A stretch of 64,000 nucleotides of DNA from a bacterium (GTDB lineage: Bacteria; UBA8248). Of this stretch, positions 1 through 10,280 are shown in pieces. The position numbers and the translations under genes were made by a program. The first letter of the stretch is position 1. Each line of letters begins with the position of its first letter. Under the pieces are notes generated by a model, which did no database searches, had not been told where the DNA came from, and saw only the letters and a program-made list of their open reading frames with translations. The DNA is taken from NCBI GenBank assembly GCA_965213625.1, contig CBDBZU010000004.1:3392001-3456000 (forward strand), given 5' to 3'.

Positions 1-264
1 GATGCTCAGGAACATGAGCGCCTGCGCCAATCCGGGCGCGAGCGCGCCGCCCACCAGAAACCACAGGGCGACCGGCAGCGTGAGTTCCCTCCATGAAGAG
101 AGAAAGACCGAAACGACGACAAGAACCACCGTACCGATGCTGAGCGTGATCAGGCTGCCCGTAAAAGCGCTCGTGTAGCGCATGGTTCTTCGCGCCATGA
201 CGCTGAAGACGGCGAACAGCACCGATGAGGCGAGCGCAAATAACGAGGCCAGCAAGGGGTTCAA
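1..264 (-). CDS. EamA/DMT family transporter, N-terminal part (runs off window)
   Basis: Manual translation from TTG at 264: MNPLLASLFALASSVLFAVFSVMARRTMRYTSAFTGSLITLSIG...GGALAPGLAQALMFLSI; hydrophobic EamA-like pattern. Confidence 0.75.
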   Translation of the reverse strand, partial: MNPLLASLFALASSVLFAVFSVMARRTMRYTSAFTGSLITLSIGTVVLVVVSVFLSSWRELTLPVALWFLVGGALAPGLAQALMFLSI

Positions 265-551
265 GGAATTCTCCAGATTGAGGCTTTTCCCGTTTCGACT
301 ACGCGCTCGCCCGAGCGATGCTCGCGTTCCGTAAAAGAGCAGCGTCGCACCGGCCCGTTCCCGCCACGTCAGTTTTTCCTCTCGCAGCCATTTTCAGGCA
401 TATGGCGAGGTGGTGATCCCAGGAAAGGACTTACCAGCAAAAGAATAGGCGGAGGGGAGGATTCACGCCAACGCACCTTCTTAGATGACGGCGGGCGGCG
501 TCCACCGCATCGCGAACACCCCTGTTTACGGCAAGGGCCGCGCGCAAGCGC

Positions 552-1064
552 TCAGCAACCCGATATTTTGCACCTGATGCACTCGACGATGTTGTCCGGC
601 TCACTCGGCCTGGTAGAGTTTTTGACATCGTAGCCTTCCATCTTTCCGTCGCCGAACAAGCCGATGAGCATTCGCCCGTCCTCGGGGATGATGTAATCCC
701 CAATCAAAACTCTTCCGGTGGCTTCATTCCGGGCGGCCCGCCGGTAAATGTTCCGGGCCCTGATTTTATGGTTGCAAGAAGACGCGTACCGGACTCCATT
801 CTTCAGTGTGTGGACTTTCCCGTCCACGATTTCCGTCTGCGTTACGCGCTCGCCTCCGGAAGCCCAGCCGTCCATGAAGGTAACTCTCTGGATTCCGTCT
901 TCACCCACGGTGAAGGATATTTTCACGTAGCGGGTATTGCCGCAAATCCATTCACCGATCATCGCCGGGTTGCACTCGGATACGGGCTCGGCGGCGGACG
1001 CACTCCCGGCGGGAACGATAAAAACGAGCGAAAGTAGCAATGCTTTCAGGACGTAATAAAACAT
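552..1064 (-). CDS. hypothetical secreted protein
   Basis: 170 aa ORF with signal-peptide-like N-terminus (…ASA-AE), GGAGG RBS upstream, several Cys. Confidence 0.6.
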   Translation of the reverse strand: MFYYVLKALLLSLVFIVPAGSASAAEPVSECNPAMIGEWICGNTRYVKISFTVGEDGIQRVTFMDGWASGGERVTQTEIVDGKVHTLKNGVRYASSCNHKIRARNIYRRAARNEATGRVLIGDYIIPEDGRMLIGLFGDGKMEGYDVKNSTRPSEPDNIVECIRCKISGC

Positions 1065-1175
1065 GAGCGCCTCCCCGTAAACTTCAAGGTTCGCGGAATT
1101 CTACACCAGGCCGTTGAAATCCGCCGCTCGCATTGAGGGAAACTATTAGCGTTTAGCAGACAGGAAACACGAATA

Positions 1176-1209
1176 CGCGGCGGTGGAAAATAACGCTTCC
1201 ACCGCCGCG
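1176..1209 (-). terminator. stem-loop, probable intrinsic terminator of the 1262-2494 gene
   Basis: 13-bp inverted repeat CGCGGCGGTGGAA…TTCCACCGCCGCG. Confidence 0.6.
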
Positions 1210-1261
1210 CATCAATCTTCTAGATGTAGTTCAGTTCAACGATTTTCACACTGAACATCTA

Positions 1262-2494
1262 TTAGAAATACACCTCACCTGGCCTTACGGGCGGCGTCCA
1301 CTCGCACTCGCCGAAGGGTCCGTCGCTTTTCTCCTTGACGTAGGCGATGCGGTCCTCGTTCACGCTCTCGCCTATCAGCGTCCGGTGCAGCCAGTCGAGA
1401 ATGTACTGGTGGTTGTCCATGCCGCCCAGGTTCTTCAAGCTCACGAGGGGGTGGAACTGGTTCTCGAACACCCACATCTCTTTTTTGCAGGTGAGGTCCT
1501 CATACACTTCGATGGCGTCCTCGAGCGGGCAGAGCGGGTCGAACTCGCCCGTCACCAGCAGCGTGGGGCACTGGATCTTGTCCATGTAGCCCTTGACGGT
1601 CATGTTGCGCGCCATCTCGTCGAACGCATCCTCATCGTCCATACCGGCCATGTACATGAACACCTGTTTGAAGCGGGGTGAGGACTGCGTGAAGATGGTG
1701 TTGTTCGGGTTGAAGCACGCCACGGCGCTCGCCACCGCCGCCGCCCGGTGGTCGTAGCTCGCCAGGCGGAGCGACCAGAAGCTCCCCATGCTGATGCCGT
1801 AGATGCCGATCTTGGTGGGCTCGATTTCCTCGCGCCCCAGGAGGTAGTCCATCACCGCGGCGCCTGCCCGCTCGTAGTTGTCGCCCACGGCGCGGATCTT
1901 CTGGATGTTGGAATTGCCCTGCCCCGGACCGTCCATCGCCAGGACGTGAAAACCCCTGTCCGCCGCCACATTGTGCCGCGCGTGGGGGAAGACCTCTTTG
2001 CTCTGATCCATGCCAGGCACGTAGATGATGCACGGCGCCTTCCTGCGGTCGGGCAGGAGGTGCAGGAGGCATGAGATTGTCTTGCCGTCGTCGAAGGGCA
2101 CCTCGACGCGCTCGATGGGGTAGGAGGCCGTCTCGGAGCGCCTGTCGACCACCTCCTTCAACTTGTTGCAAAGATAAATCTTTACCGGGTTGTCGTCATA
2201 GAAAATCGGGTGCTGCGCCATGCGGTACGCCTCGATGGCGTGGTCGTAGTGCTCCGTGGCCGTGGCGTTGAAACCCTCTCTCTGCGCCTTTTTGGCGAGT
2301 TTTTCATGCTCTTCGGCAGACTCGCGCCAGACCTTGGGCAGCATCTGATAGTTGTGGGCGCGCTTGCCCTGGGGGACTTCCAGGTAATCGCGCTCGAAGT
2401 TCTGGACGCGGCCCCTCATGTTCAGGGCCAGGTCGAGCATCCACTGCTGGTTGTCTCTTTCGGTGCGTAGTTTGCGAATCATTTTCCTCTCCAC
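1262..2494 (-). CDS. alpha/beta hydrolase (FrsA / 2,6-dihydroxypseudooxynicotine hydrolase-like)
   Basis: PGMDQSKE, MDGPGQG, nucleophile elbow GISMG, GEFDPLCP, late His. Confidence 0.85.
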   Translation of the reverse strand: MERKMIRKLRTERDNQQWMLDLALNMRGRVQNFERDYLEVPQGKRAHNYQMLPKVWRESAEEHEKLAKKAQREGFNATATEHYDHAIEAYRMAQHPIFYDDNPVKIYLCNKLKEVVDRRSETASYPIERVEVPFDDGKTISCLLHLLPDRRKAPCIIYVPGMDQSKEVFPHARHNVAADRGFHVLAMDGPGQGNSNIQKIRAVGDNYERAGAAVMDYLLGREEIEPTKIGIYGISMGSFWSLRLASYDHRAAAVASAVACFNPNNTIFTQSSPRFKQVFMYMAGMDDEDAFDEMARNMTVKGYMDKIQCPTLLVTGEFDPLCPLEDAIEVYEDLTCKKEMWVFENQFHPLVSLKNLGGMDNHQYILDWLHRTLIGESVNEDRIAYVKEKSDGPFGECEWTPPVRPGEVYF

Positions 2495-2613
2495 GTTTGA
2501 TTAAAATGGCAAAAGAAGTTTCGCCGACAAATTTGTCTGTCCTGGATTCCGGCGGAATGCTAAGCGGGCCGTCTCCCACCGGTCAATCCACTCGACACAA
2601 AATATGAAACTCG

Positions 2614-3786
2614 CTAGCAGACGATGTCCTCCTTCCTGAGGGCGGCTATCTCCACTCCCGAGAAGCCGAGTTCCTCCAATACCTCATCACTGTGCTGGCC
2701 GAGTGTTGGCGGCGGCCTCCGCACGGCAGACGGCGTCTTGTCGAACTTCACGGGTACGCCCCCGAGCTGCAAGACCCCGTATTCGGGATGCTCCGCCTGC
2801 GCGAGATAGCCCATCGCCTTCATCTGCGGATCCTCGTAGAGGTCGGTAGGTTTCCGCACGCGCGCGCAGGGCACGCCCTCGCCCTCGAACTTGCGAACCC
2901 ACTCCTCGCCCGGTGCCGTGCGCAAGACCTCCTGCACGAGGGGGATGATGGTCTCGCGCGCATCGTGCCTTCCGCGAAATGTGCGCCAGGCCTCTTCTTC
3001 GAGCAATACGGGAAGGCCCAGGATCTCTGAGGATTTCTCCCAGAAGCCGTCCACGTCCAGATAAAGGTAGATGTGTCCGTCCGAAACTTCATAAACGCGG
3101 GCGATGCGGTCGTTCAGGGCGTCTACCACGTCCGAGACGGGTTCTGTGTCACTCGCCCACATGAGGCGGCCGAACTGCATGGCCGTGGCCCCGCCCAGTA
3201 GCGATGCGTCAATACGCTGGCCCTCGCCGGTGCGCTCCCGCACGTAGAGCGCCATCATCACCGCGCCGTAGGCGAGCGCGCCCGTCATGTAGTCCACGAA
3301 CGAACCCTGCACCAATTCCGGCGCACCGCCCCCGCCCTGCTCGGCGGGAATGCCAGCCGTGGTCTGGATGATGGGGTCGATGCCCCGGCGTTCGCGCAGG
3401 GGACCCCCCTGTCCGTAGGCCGAGACCGAGAGATAGATGAGCCGGGGGTTTTCGCGCATCAGGGCGTCCGCGCCGAGCCCGAATTTCTCGATGGCTCCGG
3501 GGCGGTAGCCTTCCACGAACACGTCCATCTGCGCGGCCAGTTTTTTGGCGATCTCCCTGCCTTGTTCCGTGCGCAGGTTGAGGGCGAGGCTCCGCTTGCT
3601 GCGGTTCAAGCCGAGAAACAGCCTGCTCTCCCCGGAAAAAGAGGAGGGGAAATTCCGCACGCGATCACCATCGGGCGGTTCGAGCTTCACCACGTCCGCG
3701 CCCGCGTCCCCCATCATCAGCGTGCAGAACGGACCCGCCACGTAATGCGTGAGGTCCAGCACCCGAATTCCTTCCAACCCGTCCAT
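2614..3786 (-). CDS. CoA-transferase family III (CaiB/BaiF)
   Basis: LEGIRVLDLTHYVAGPFCT..GDAGADVVKLEPP.GD, NRSKRS, PPPTLGQHSDEVL. Confidence 0.95.
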   Translation of the reverse strand: MDGLEGIRVLDLTHYVAGPFCTLMMGDAGADVVKLEPPDGDRVRNFPSSFSGESRLFLGLNRSKRSLALNLRTEQGREIAKKLAAQMDVFVEGYRPGAIEKFGLGADALMRENPRLIYLSVSAYGQGGPLRERRGIDPIIQTTAGIPAEQGGGGAPELVQGSFVDYMTGALAYGAVMMALYVRERTGEGQRIDASLLGGATAMQFGRLMWASDTEPVSDVVDALNDRIARVYEVSDGHIYLYLDVDGFWEKSSEILGLPVLLEEEAWRTFRGRHDARETIIPLVQEVLRTAPGEEWVRKFEGEGVPCARVRKPTDLYEDPQMKAMGYLAQAEHPEYGVLQLGGVPVKFDKTPSAVRRPPPTLGQHSDEVLEELGFSGVEIAALRKEDIVC

Positions 3787-3827
3787 ATCTTTCCTTGAAC
3801 CTAGCGAGATATCCGTACCTATTTGAA

Positions 3828-4245
3828 TTATATTTGTTTGCCTACTTGTTCAATCTTTTTCATCAGTTTTTCGTTCGTGCGCTCGCGGGGAACGATGAAG
3901 CGCTCGTTCGTCCCACGGGCGACGAGATCCACCTCGTCGTGAATCTCCACCTCGAAGACACAACGCCTCCTCTCGCGCTCGACAAGCCGCGCCCGCGCCT
4001 CCACCCGCATACCCTTGGGCGTTCCCGCCATGTGGGTGAGCGATACCTTCGTCCCCACGCTCGTCTGATCGGGGCCTAAATGTTCCTCCAGCGCAGCCAA
4101 GGCGGCCTTTTCCATAAAGCGTACCAACTCCGGGCGTCGCCACCACCTCGGCGTTCGTGCCTCTCAGGTGTAAGGGAACATGCTCATCCGCTACGACGAC
4201 GGCATACGTCCCCGTAAGTCCCGGCCGGATCGCGTCGTCACTCAT
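3828..4245 (-). pseudogene. FlK-like (fluoroacetyl-CoA) hotdog thioesterase, frameshifted near 4131
   Basis: N-half MSDDAIRPGLTG…VVATP and C-half ELVRFMEKAA…TSVGTKVSLTHMAGTP lie in different frames, one extra base between them. Confidence 0.75.
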
Positions 4246-4276
4246 TTGGGTTCACCCAATGGCTTTGATACGGCGG

Positions 4277-5257
4277 CTAGCCGCCCATCGTAAGTACGAT
4301 TTTCCCAAAGACTTTCCCGGTCATCAGCACGTCATGGGAGCGCGCGGCCTCTGCGAGCGGCATCGTCTCCCCCACCGAGGCGCGCACACGGCCATCGGCA
4401 AGCATTAAATCAAGCTGACGAACCATATCCGGGAATACGTGGTCGGTGTTGAACAGGCTCATTCCCCGCACGTCGATGTCTTTGGAGTAAAACGGCGGAT
4501 AGTTCACCGAACCCACCGGGTTCTTGCCTGTGCCTGCGCCGAGCACGACGATGCAGCCGTATTTCTTCACCGCCCGGCAGTCGGCGTCGAAATTCTCCAC
4601 CGCCACCATCTCGACCACCGAGTCCACCCCGACGCCGCCTGTCTCGGCGAGGCAGCGTTCGGCGAAATCCTCCTCGCGGTAGTTGACGATCACGTCGGCG
4701 CCGAACTGACGGCAAAATTCTGCTTTTTCCTCGGAACTCACCGTCGTGATGACACGCGCCCCGGCAGCCTTTGCAATCTGGATCCCCATGCAGCCCACGC
4801 CGCCCGCGCCCGCGTGGATGAGCACCGTCTCTCCCGCCTTGAGCCCCGCCTTGTATATCAGCGCGTTATAGGCCGTGTACAAAACCACTGGGAGGGAAGC
4901 GCCTTCTTCATAAGAGAGGTTGTCGGGAAGTTTCGCCGTGCGGAGGGGATTCAGGATCGCCTTTTCGGCGTAAGAGCCGCTTGCCGCGGCGCCGAAGACC
5001 CTGTCGCCCGGGGAGAAGCCGCTCACCCCTTCGCCCACGGCGACCACGTCGCCCGCCGCGTCGACGCCAGGCGTCCATGGCAAGGCCAGGCTCTTCGAGA
5101 GCGGATGCGCGCCCGAGCGGAAGGTGGTGTCCACGGGGTTCACGCCCGCCGCCTTCACGTCAACCAGTATCTGGCCCGCGCCGGGCGTCGGGTCCGCCGC
5201 ATCTTCGAGCACCATCACCTCGGGGTCGCCGAATTCATGTACGTGTATCGCCTTCAT
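4277..5257 (-). CDS. NADPH:quinone oxidoreductase (MDR family)
   Basis: AAGVNPVD, PWTPGVDAAG, HAGAGGVG, GKIVL. Confidence 0.93.
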   Translation of the reverse strand: MKAIHVHEFGDPEVMVLEDAADPTPGAGQILVDVKAAGVNPVDTTFRSGAHPLSKSLALPWTPGVDAAGDVVAVGEGVSGFSPGDRVFGAAASGSYAEKAILNPLRTAKLPDNLSYEEGASLPVVLYTAYNALIYKAGLKAGETVLIHAGAGGVGCMGIQIAKAAGARVITTVSSEEKAEFCRQFGADVIVNYREEDFAERCLAETGGVGVDSVVEMVAVENFDADCRAVKKYGCIVVLGAGTGKNPVGSVNYPPFYSKDIDVRGMSLFNTDHVFPDMVRQLDLMLADGRVRASVGETMPLAEAARSHDVLMTGKVFGKIVLTMGG

Positions 5258-5616
5258 CTTCTTCTCCCATCGAATTGGGGCATCATGGAGTTTGAATTTC
5301 TCTTAAATGTTGGAGCAATAATTTCCGTCTGATTTCCTATTCCTTACCACACCTCAAGGGAAAATGCTCTCGCTTCCGGGCCGTGTGCGCGGGTCGCCTC
5401 GGGCCTTGACACGGAGTTATCAGCGGAGATAATGAGTCATTCTCAGCAGTGTAAGCAAAACCGCGCGCCCTGCCCGTTGGAACGGCGGGGTGGAGAATAA
5501 CGGAAGGCAGAGGACTTGAGTTCACGGGGAACTCTGAAAGGACATAATCGTTCATCTGGTGATGAGGCGTCATCATCAACATTCGTGCATGTTTTCACCA
5601 TGAAAAGGAGCCCGTA

Positions 5617-6609
5617 ATGAAGAAATTCGCATTCCTGGCAACAGTGGCGGCAGCCGTGGCGTTCACGTTCTGCGTAGCCGACGCCGCCGAGCGCTATCGC
5701 TTCGGCGGAGGCCCCTCCGGCGGCGCGTGGCATCCCTCCATCAGCGCGGGAACCCAGCTTCTGAACAGAAAGGTCGGCAAGAAGTTCTACTTCCAGTATT
5801 CCCCCTCGGCCGGTTCGGTGGCCAACGTCCGTCGCGTGAGCCTGGGCGAGTTCGCCACCTCGTGGGGACACGTCGGCCAGGTCTACCAGTCCTGGACGGG
5901 CACGGGCCTGTTCAAGAAAGACGGCGCCAACAAGAACTTCCGCATCGTCGCCAACGTCCGCGCGCAGTCGCAGATCATCGCCGTGCTGGCGGACAGCCCC
6001 ATCAAGACCTACAAGGACATGGTCGGCAAGCGGGTGAACTTGCTCAAGCAGGGAACCGGCAGCCACGTGAACTGCAAGAACATCTTCGCCGCCGTCGGCA
6101 TCCTCGACAAGATCCAGCCGCGCTACCTGGGCTTCTCCGCCTCGGGCCGCGCCCTGGGTGACCGCCAGATCGACGTGTACTGCTCCGCCGGCGCGCCGTT
6201 CACCATTCCGGCCCTCACCCGGCTTTCCATCCAGAAGCCGGTGCGCTACATCAGCCTGAGCGAGGCCGAGCAGAAGAATGTAACCGGCGCTCACAAGTTC
6301 TACGTGCCGATCACCATTCCCGTCCAGAAGGAAGTCATCGGAATGAAGGCTCCGGCGCGCTCCATCGCCTACGACGTCTGGTGGATCGCCCACAAGCAGA
6401 TGTCCAACGACGCCGTCTACAACATGCTCAAGGTCATCGCCGCGCCCGAGAACCTCAAGCAGCTGACCAAGACGGCGCGCTACTGGCGTGACCTGAGCGG
6501 CAACTTCAACGCGCTCAAGGTTCACAAGATCTTCGTGCACCCCGCAGCCGCGCGTTATTGGAAAGAACGCGGCGTGAAGGTGCCCGACGAGGTCGTGAAA
6601 GGCTTCTGA
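5617..6609 (+). CDS. TAXI-family TRAP transporter solute-binding protein
   Basis: Signal peptide, GGPSGGAW, SAGSVANV, C-terminal VHPAAARYWKERG. Confidence 0.9.
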   Translation: MKKFAFLATVAAAVAFTFCVADAAERYRFGGGPSGGAWHPSISAGTQLLNRKVGKKFYFQYSPSAGSVANVRRVSLGEFATSWGHVGQVYQSWTGTGLFKKDGANKNFRIVANVRAQSQIIAVLADSPIKTYKDMVGKRVNLLKQGTGSHVNCKNIFAAVGILDKIQPRYLGFSASGRALGDRQIDVYCSAGAPFTIPALTRLSIQKPVRYISLSEAEQKNVTGAHKFYVPITIPVQKEVIGMKAPARSIAYDVWWIAHKQMSNDAVYNMLKVIAAPENLKQLTKTARYWRDLSGNFNALKVHKIFVHPAAARYWKERGVKVPDEVVKGF

Positions 6610-6641
6610 TTCTCGCAACGATAAACCGGCGGGAAATCGCG

Positions 6642-6690
6642 CCCGGGGAGGAGGAGAAAACGAAAAATCTCCTTCTCCCCGGGATTCTTT
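6642..6690 (+). terminator. hairpin/terminator after TAXI binding-protein gene
   Basis: CCCGGGGAGGAGGAGA…TCTCCTTCTCCCCGGG followed by ATTCTTT. Confidence 0.55.
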
Positions 6691-6748
6691 CGCCTCGCTG
6701 TTTTTCTCGCATTTGACGGCCCGATCGCCCGGGCCGAGGTAGGTCGCC

Positions 6749-9217
6749 ATGTTTCGAAACCTCTTGCCCATATTGATGAAGATCGGCCTCATATCGGACG
6801 AGATGGTCGTCCCGCGCGACCTGCGGGGTTATTCGCGCGTCATCGTCTCGATTATATCCGTCGCGTTTTCCTACTTCTTCGTTCATATCTCATACTTCGG
6901 TCCCCCGCGTTCGGAAATCTTCAAGGGCGTCTACATCCTGGCGACCGCCAGCTTGTGCATCCTCGTCTACAAGGGCAGGCAAAGGCCCGTCCGCGAGGGG
7001 TTCGCCTATCTCGATGAAATCTTCTCGTTCCTCGCCATCGTCGTCATGTGCGCCACCCTGGCCCTGTGGGCGTATTGGGGCGCTTTCTTCGGCGACGTGC
7101 TCTGGACTGAGTTCATGGTCGGGGGAACCTACCTGGTCGTTCTGCTCGGCGGTCTGTTCGGCGCGTTCCTCTACCGGTTTGAAGCCACCGTAGAGCGCGT
7201 ATCGGAACTCCCTACGCTCTCGGACTGGCTGTTCATCATATCGGCCGTCTCTCCCATCATCTGGTGGAACATCTACAACATCGAGCTCACCACGCGCATC
7301 GGCGGCCCCGTGCCCGCCTCGGTGGCCATATACACGCTGATGCTCGCTGTGGTGAGTTTCGACATCGCAAGGCGCGTCATTGGCCCCGTCATACCGTTCA
7401 TCGGCTTCTTGTTCCTGATCTACAGCTTCAAGCCCATTGCGCAGATATCGCCGGGCCTTCTCTACCATGAGGGATTCAGCCTCGACCGCGTGACCGAGTT
7501 CCTGATGCTCGAGGCCGACGGCCTCACCGGCCTCATCGTCGAGGTCTTCGCTACCTATATCGTCATCTTCGTCGTCCTGGGCGCTTTTCTGGAAAAGACG
7601 GGTCTGGGCGAATTCCTCATCGACGCCACCTACCGGGTGACGGGCCAGAAAACGGGTGGACCCGGACTCACGGCCGTCATGTCAAGCGGGCTGTTCGGTA
7701 TGATCTCGGGCAGCGGCGTGGCCAACGTGGTGACGACGGGCACGTTCACCATCCCCCTCATGAAACGGGTGGGCTACCGCCCCGAGTTCGCGGGCGCGGT
7801 GGAGGCGGCCGCCTCGACAGGAGGGGCCTACATGCCGCCCATCATGGCGGGCGGGGCTTTTCTCGTCGCGCAACTCACCGAAACGTCTTATTTCGACATC
7901 GTCAAGATAGCGACGCTACCGGCCATTCTCTACTATCTCTCGGTGGGCTACATGGTCTTCATCCGCGCCGTGCGGCGCGGGCTCCACGGCGTCGACCCCT
8001 CGGAGCTGCCCCCCTGGAGCAGAATCATCCCGCGCCTCCATTTCCTGCTGCCCATCCCCGTGATGGTGTACTACCTCGTCATCGGCGATTCCGCGTTCCT
8101 GGCGGCCTTCAAGACCATATGCCTCATCGTCATGCTCAAATCCTGCGAACTGCTCTCGAACATCAAGGCGCCCACCGCAAACCGGACGGCACGCCCGTTC
8201 CTGGCCGTCTCTATCACATTCGGGGTCTTCTCCTATTTCTTCGGCCTCACGGTCGGCGCGCCGTTCTCGTGGTTCGCGGACACGCTTCGCGGAATGAACT
8301 GGGGAGACGCCCTGTTCTGGACGGTAGCGGCGTTCATCGTCCTGAAGCTCGGCGAAATCATCATGGCCGCGACGCGAGGCGAATCTGCGGACCCGGAATA
8401 TGAGTCGGGCCCGATTCTATTCAGGCGGCTCTGGGAACTCCTGGTGGATATCGTCAAGATCACCTGGATATCGCTCGAGGCGGGTGCGCGGAACACGCTC
8501 GTCATCGGCTGCATCGCCTGTGTGCTCGGCATCCTGCTCTCCTGCGCGACGCAAAGCGACCTGTCGGGCCGCATCTCCATATTGTTGACCGAGTTCAGCT
8601 TCGGCCTCCTGCCGCTCACCATCATCTGGGTGATCATCGCGGGCTACATCGTCGGCATGGGCCTGCCCATCACGGCGAGCTACGTGGTGCTGGTCATATT
8701 CGGCGTCATCGCGCTCACCAACCTGGGCGTGCCGACCCTCCACGCGCACCTCATCTGCTTCTGGGTAGCCGTGGTGAGCGCCGTGACCCCGCCGGTCGCA
8801 TTGGCGGCCTACGCGGCGAGCGCCATTGCAGTATCGGACCCCGTGAAAACAGGCTTCCAGGCGCTGAAACTCGCCTCATGGCTGTTCATCATGCCGTTCC
8901 TGTTCGTCTACACCCCGCTTCTTCTCGACGGCACGAGGACCGAGGTGACCATCACCTTCATCGCATGCCTCATCGGCATCGTCGGCTGGACCGGTTGGAT
9001 GGAGAACTTCATGACGCGGCACGCGAACAGCCTCGAGCGGGCGTTGATGTTCATCGGCTCCGTATGCCTCCTCCTGCCCGTGGGGAATTTCGTGGTATTC
9101 ATTACCCCGCTGGAAGGAGATTTGAGGTATATCTCCTACGCCGTAGGCATCATCGCCCTCGTAGCGGTGCTCGTCTTGCAGCGCACGCGCGGCGGCGTGG
9201 ATCCCGAACCCGCATAA
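6749..9217 (+). CDS. TRAP transporter fused 4TM/12TM permease
   Basis: GMISGSGVANVVTTGTFTIPLMKRVGY, EAAASTGG..MPPIMAGGAF, TPPVALAAYAA. Confidence 0.95.
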   Translation: MFRNLLPILMKIGLISDEMVVPRDLRGYSRVIVSIISVAFSYFFVHISYFGPPRSEIFKGVYILATASLCILVYKGRQRPVREGFAYLDEIFSFLAIVVMCATLALWAYWGAFFGDVLWTEFMVGGTYLVVLLGGLFGAFLYRFEATVERVSELPTLSDWLFIISAVSPIIWWNIYNIELTTRIGGPVPASVAIYTLMLAVVSFDIARRVIGPVIPFIGFLFLIYSFKPIAQISPGLLYHEGFSLDRVTEFLMLEADGLTGLIVEVFATYIVIFVVLGAFLEKTGLGEFLIDATYRVTGQKTGGPGLTAVMSSGLFGMISGSGVANVVTTGTFTIPLMKRVGYRPEFAGAVEAAASTGGAYMPPIMAGGAFLVAQLTETSYFDIVKIATLPAILYYLSVGYMVFIRAVRRGLHGVDPSELPPWSRIIPRLHFLLPIPVMVYYLVIGDSAFLAAFKTICLIVMLKSCELLSNIKAPTANRTARPFLAVSITFGVFSYFFGLTVGAPFSWFADTLRGMNWGDALFWTVAAFIVLKLGEIIMAATRGESADPEYESGPILFRRLWELLVDIVKITWISLEAGARNTLVIGCIACVLGILLSCATQSDLSGRISILLTEFSFGLLPLTIIWVIIAGYIVGMGLPITASYVVLVIFGVIALTNLGVPTLHAHLICFWVAVVSAVTPPVALAAYAASAIAVSDPVKTGFQALKLASWLFIMPFLFVYTPLLLDGTRTEVTITFIACLIGIVGWTGWMENFMTRHANSLERALMFIGSVCLLLPVGNFVVFITPLEGDLRYISYAVGIIALVAVLVLQRTRGGVDPEPA

Positions 9218-9245
9218 CTCACACAAGTACCGAGAAGGAGGCATC

Positions 9246-9878
9246 ATGAGCACTTCTCCTCCCGCTCTCAGGCGCATCCAGCACGTGGGACTCAAGGTCC
9301 ACGACCTCGACGAGGCGGTGGCCTTCTACCGCGACGTTATGGGACTCCGGGTGTCGGACCGCTACGAGCCGGGCGACAACCCCCACAGCCCGTGGGGGAT
9401 ATGCTTCATGCGCTGCGGCGAGGGACACCACGAGGTATCCCTCATCGCATACCCCAAGGAAGCCGGCCTCACGCCCAAGAAAGGCGGCATGCGAAAGCCC
9501 GAGGTCGGCCTGCACCACGTGGCCTTCGAGGTCGGCTCCAAGGAAGAACTCGAAGCCTGGGCGGCGCACATCCGCTCGAAGGGAATCAAGATCGCGGCGG
9601 GGCCGCTCGTCCACAGTCCCACGCACCCCGAGGGCGACGGCACCCTGGGCGAGAACCGCGCCTTCTACTTCCACGACCCGTGCGGAAACGGCATCGAGAT
9701 TTTCTGCGACCTCGCCAGAATGGACTCAGGAACCAACCGCATCAACGAGGCGTGGTTCCGCGACAGGCTCGAACGCGACGGTTTATCGCGAGACGACGCC
9801 GACCCGCCCCCCGCCTGGCGGCCCGGCATTTCGAGCATGGCGGACGCGAAAGAGAGATTCGGCCAAACTTCTTCATGA
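9246..9878 (+). CDS. VOC/glyoxalase family protein (extradiol dioxygenase-like)
   Basis: HVGLKVHDL, GLHHVAFEV, FYFHDPCGNGIEIF. Confidence 0.88.
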   Translation: MSTSPPALRRIQHVGLKVHDLDEAVAFYRDVMGLRVSDRYEPGDNPHSPWGICFMRCGEGHHEVSLIAYPKEAGLTPKKGGMRKPEVGLHHVAFEVGSKEELEAWAAHIRSKGIKIAAGPLVHSPTHPEGDGTLGENRAFYFHDPCGNGIEIFCDLARMDSGTNRINEAWFRDRLERDGLSRDDADPPPAWRPGISSMADAKERFGQTSS

Positions 9879-9944
9879 CGGAGTTGTTGAAAAAGCCCAG
9901 GTTTCACGATTCGGCAAAGGTAACCGATCGGGGAGAGGGAGACA

Positions 9945-10138
9945 TCACTCCCCCCTTGAGGGTCGGGCATCCCGAGGGGAATGCCCGACGATGAAGCCGA
10001 GCGTTTTATGCGATGGCTGAATCGGTGGGGGGAGTTTTTATATTTTGCTTGGAGATTACAATTTAAAATCATCCCCCCACCGACTCGCTTGCGGGCTTAC
10101 GCCCTTACCTCGTCGACTCCCCCTCAAGGGGGGAGTGA
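9945..10138. repeat. intergenic palindromic repeat element
   Basis: 18-bp terminal inverted repeat TCACTCCCCCCTTGAGGG…CCCTCAAGGGGGGAGTGA with internal hairpins; a related segment recurs near 17399-17435. Confidence 0.75.
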
Positions 10139-10280
10139 ATTGTTCTCTCGCCGGACGGCAAGAACTCCCTAGAGGAGAGCCATTTCATATCCGAATGTCG
10201 ATTGAGAAACCCATTCCCGGTTTGAGAAAGCTTATTCATCATTCCCACGATGCACCGACACTACGGAGGAAATTATTACA

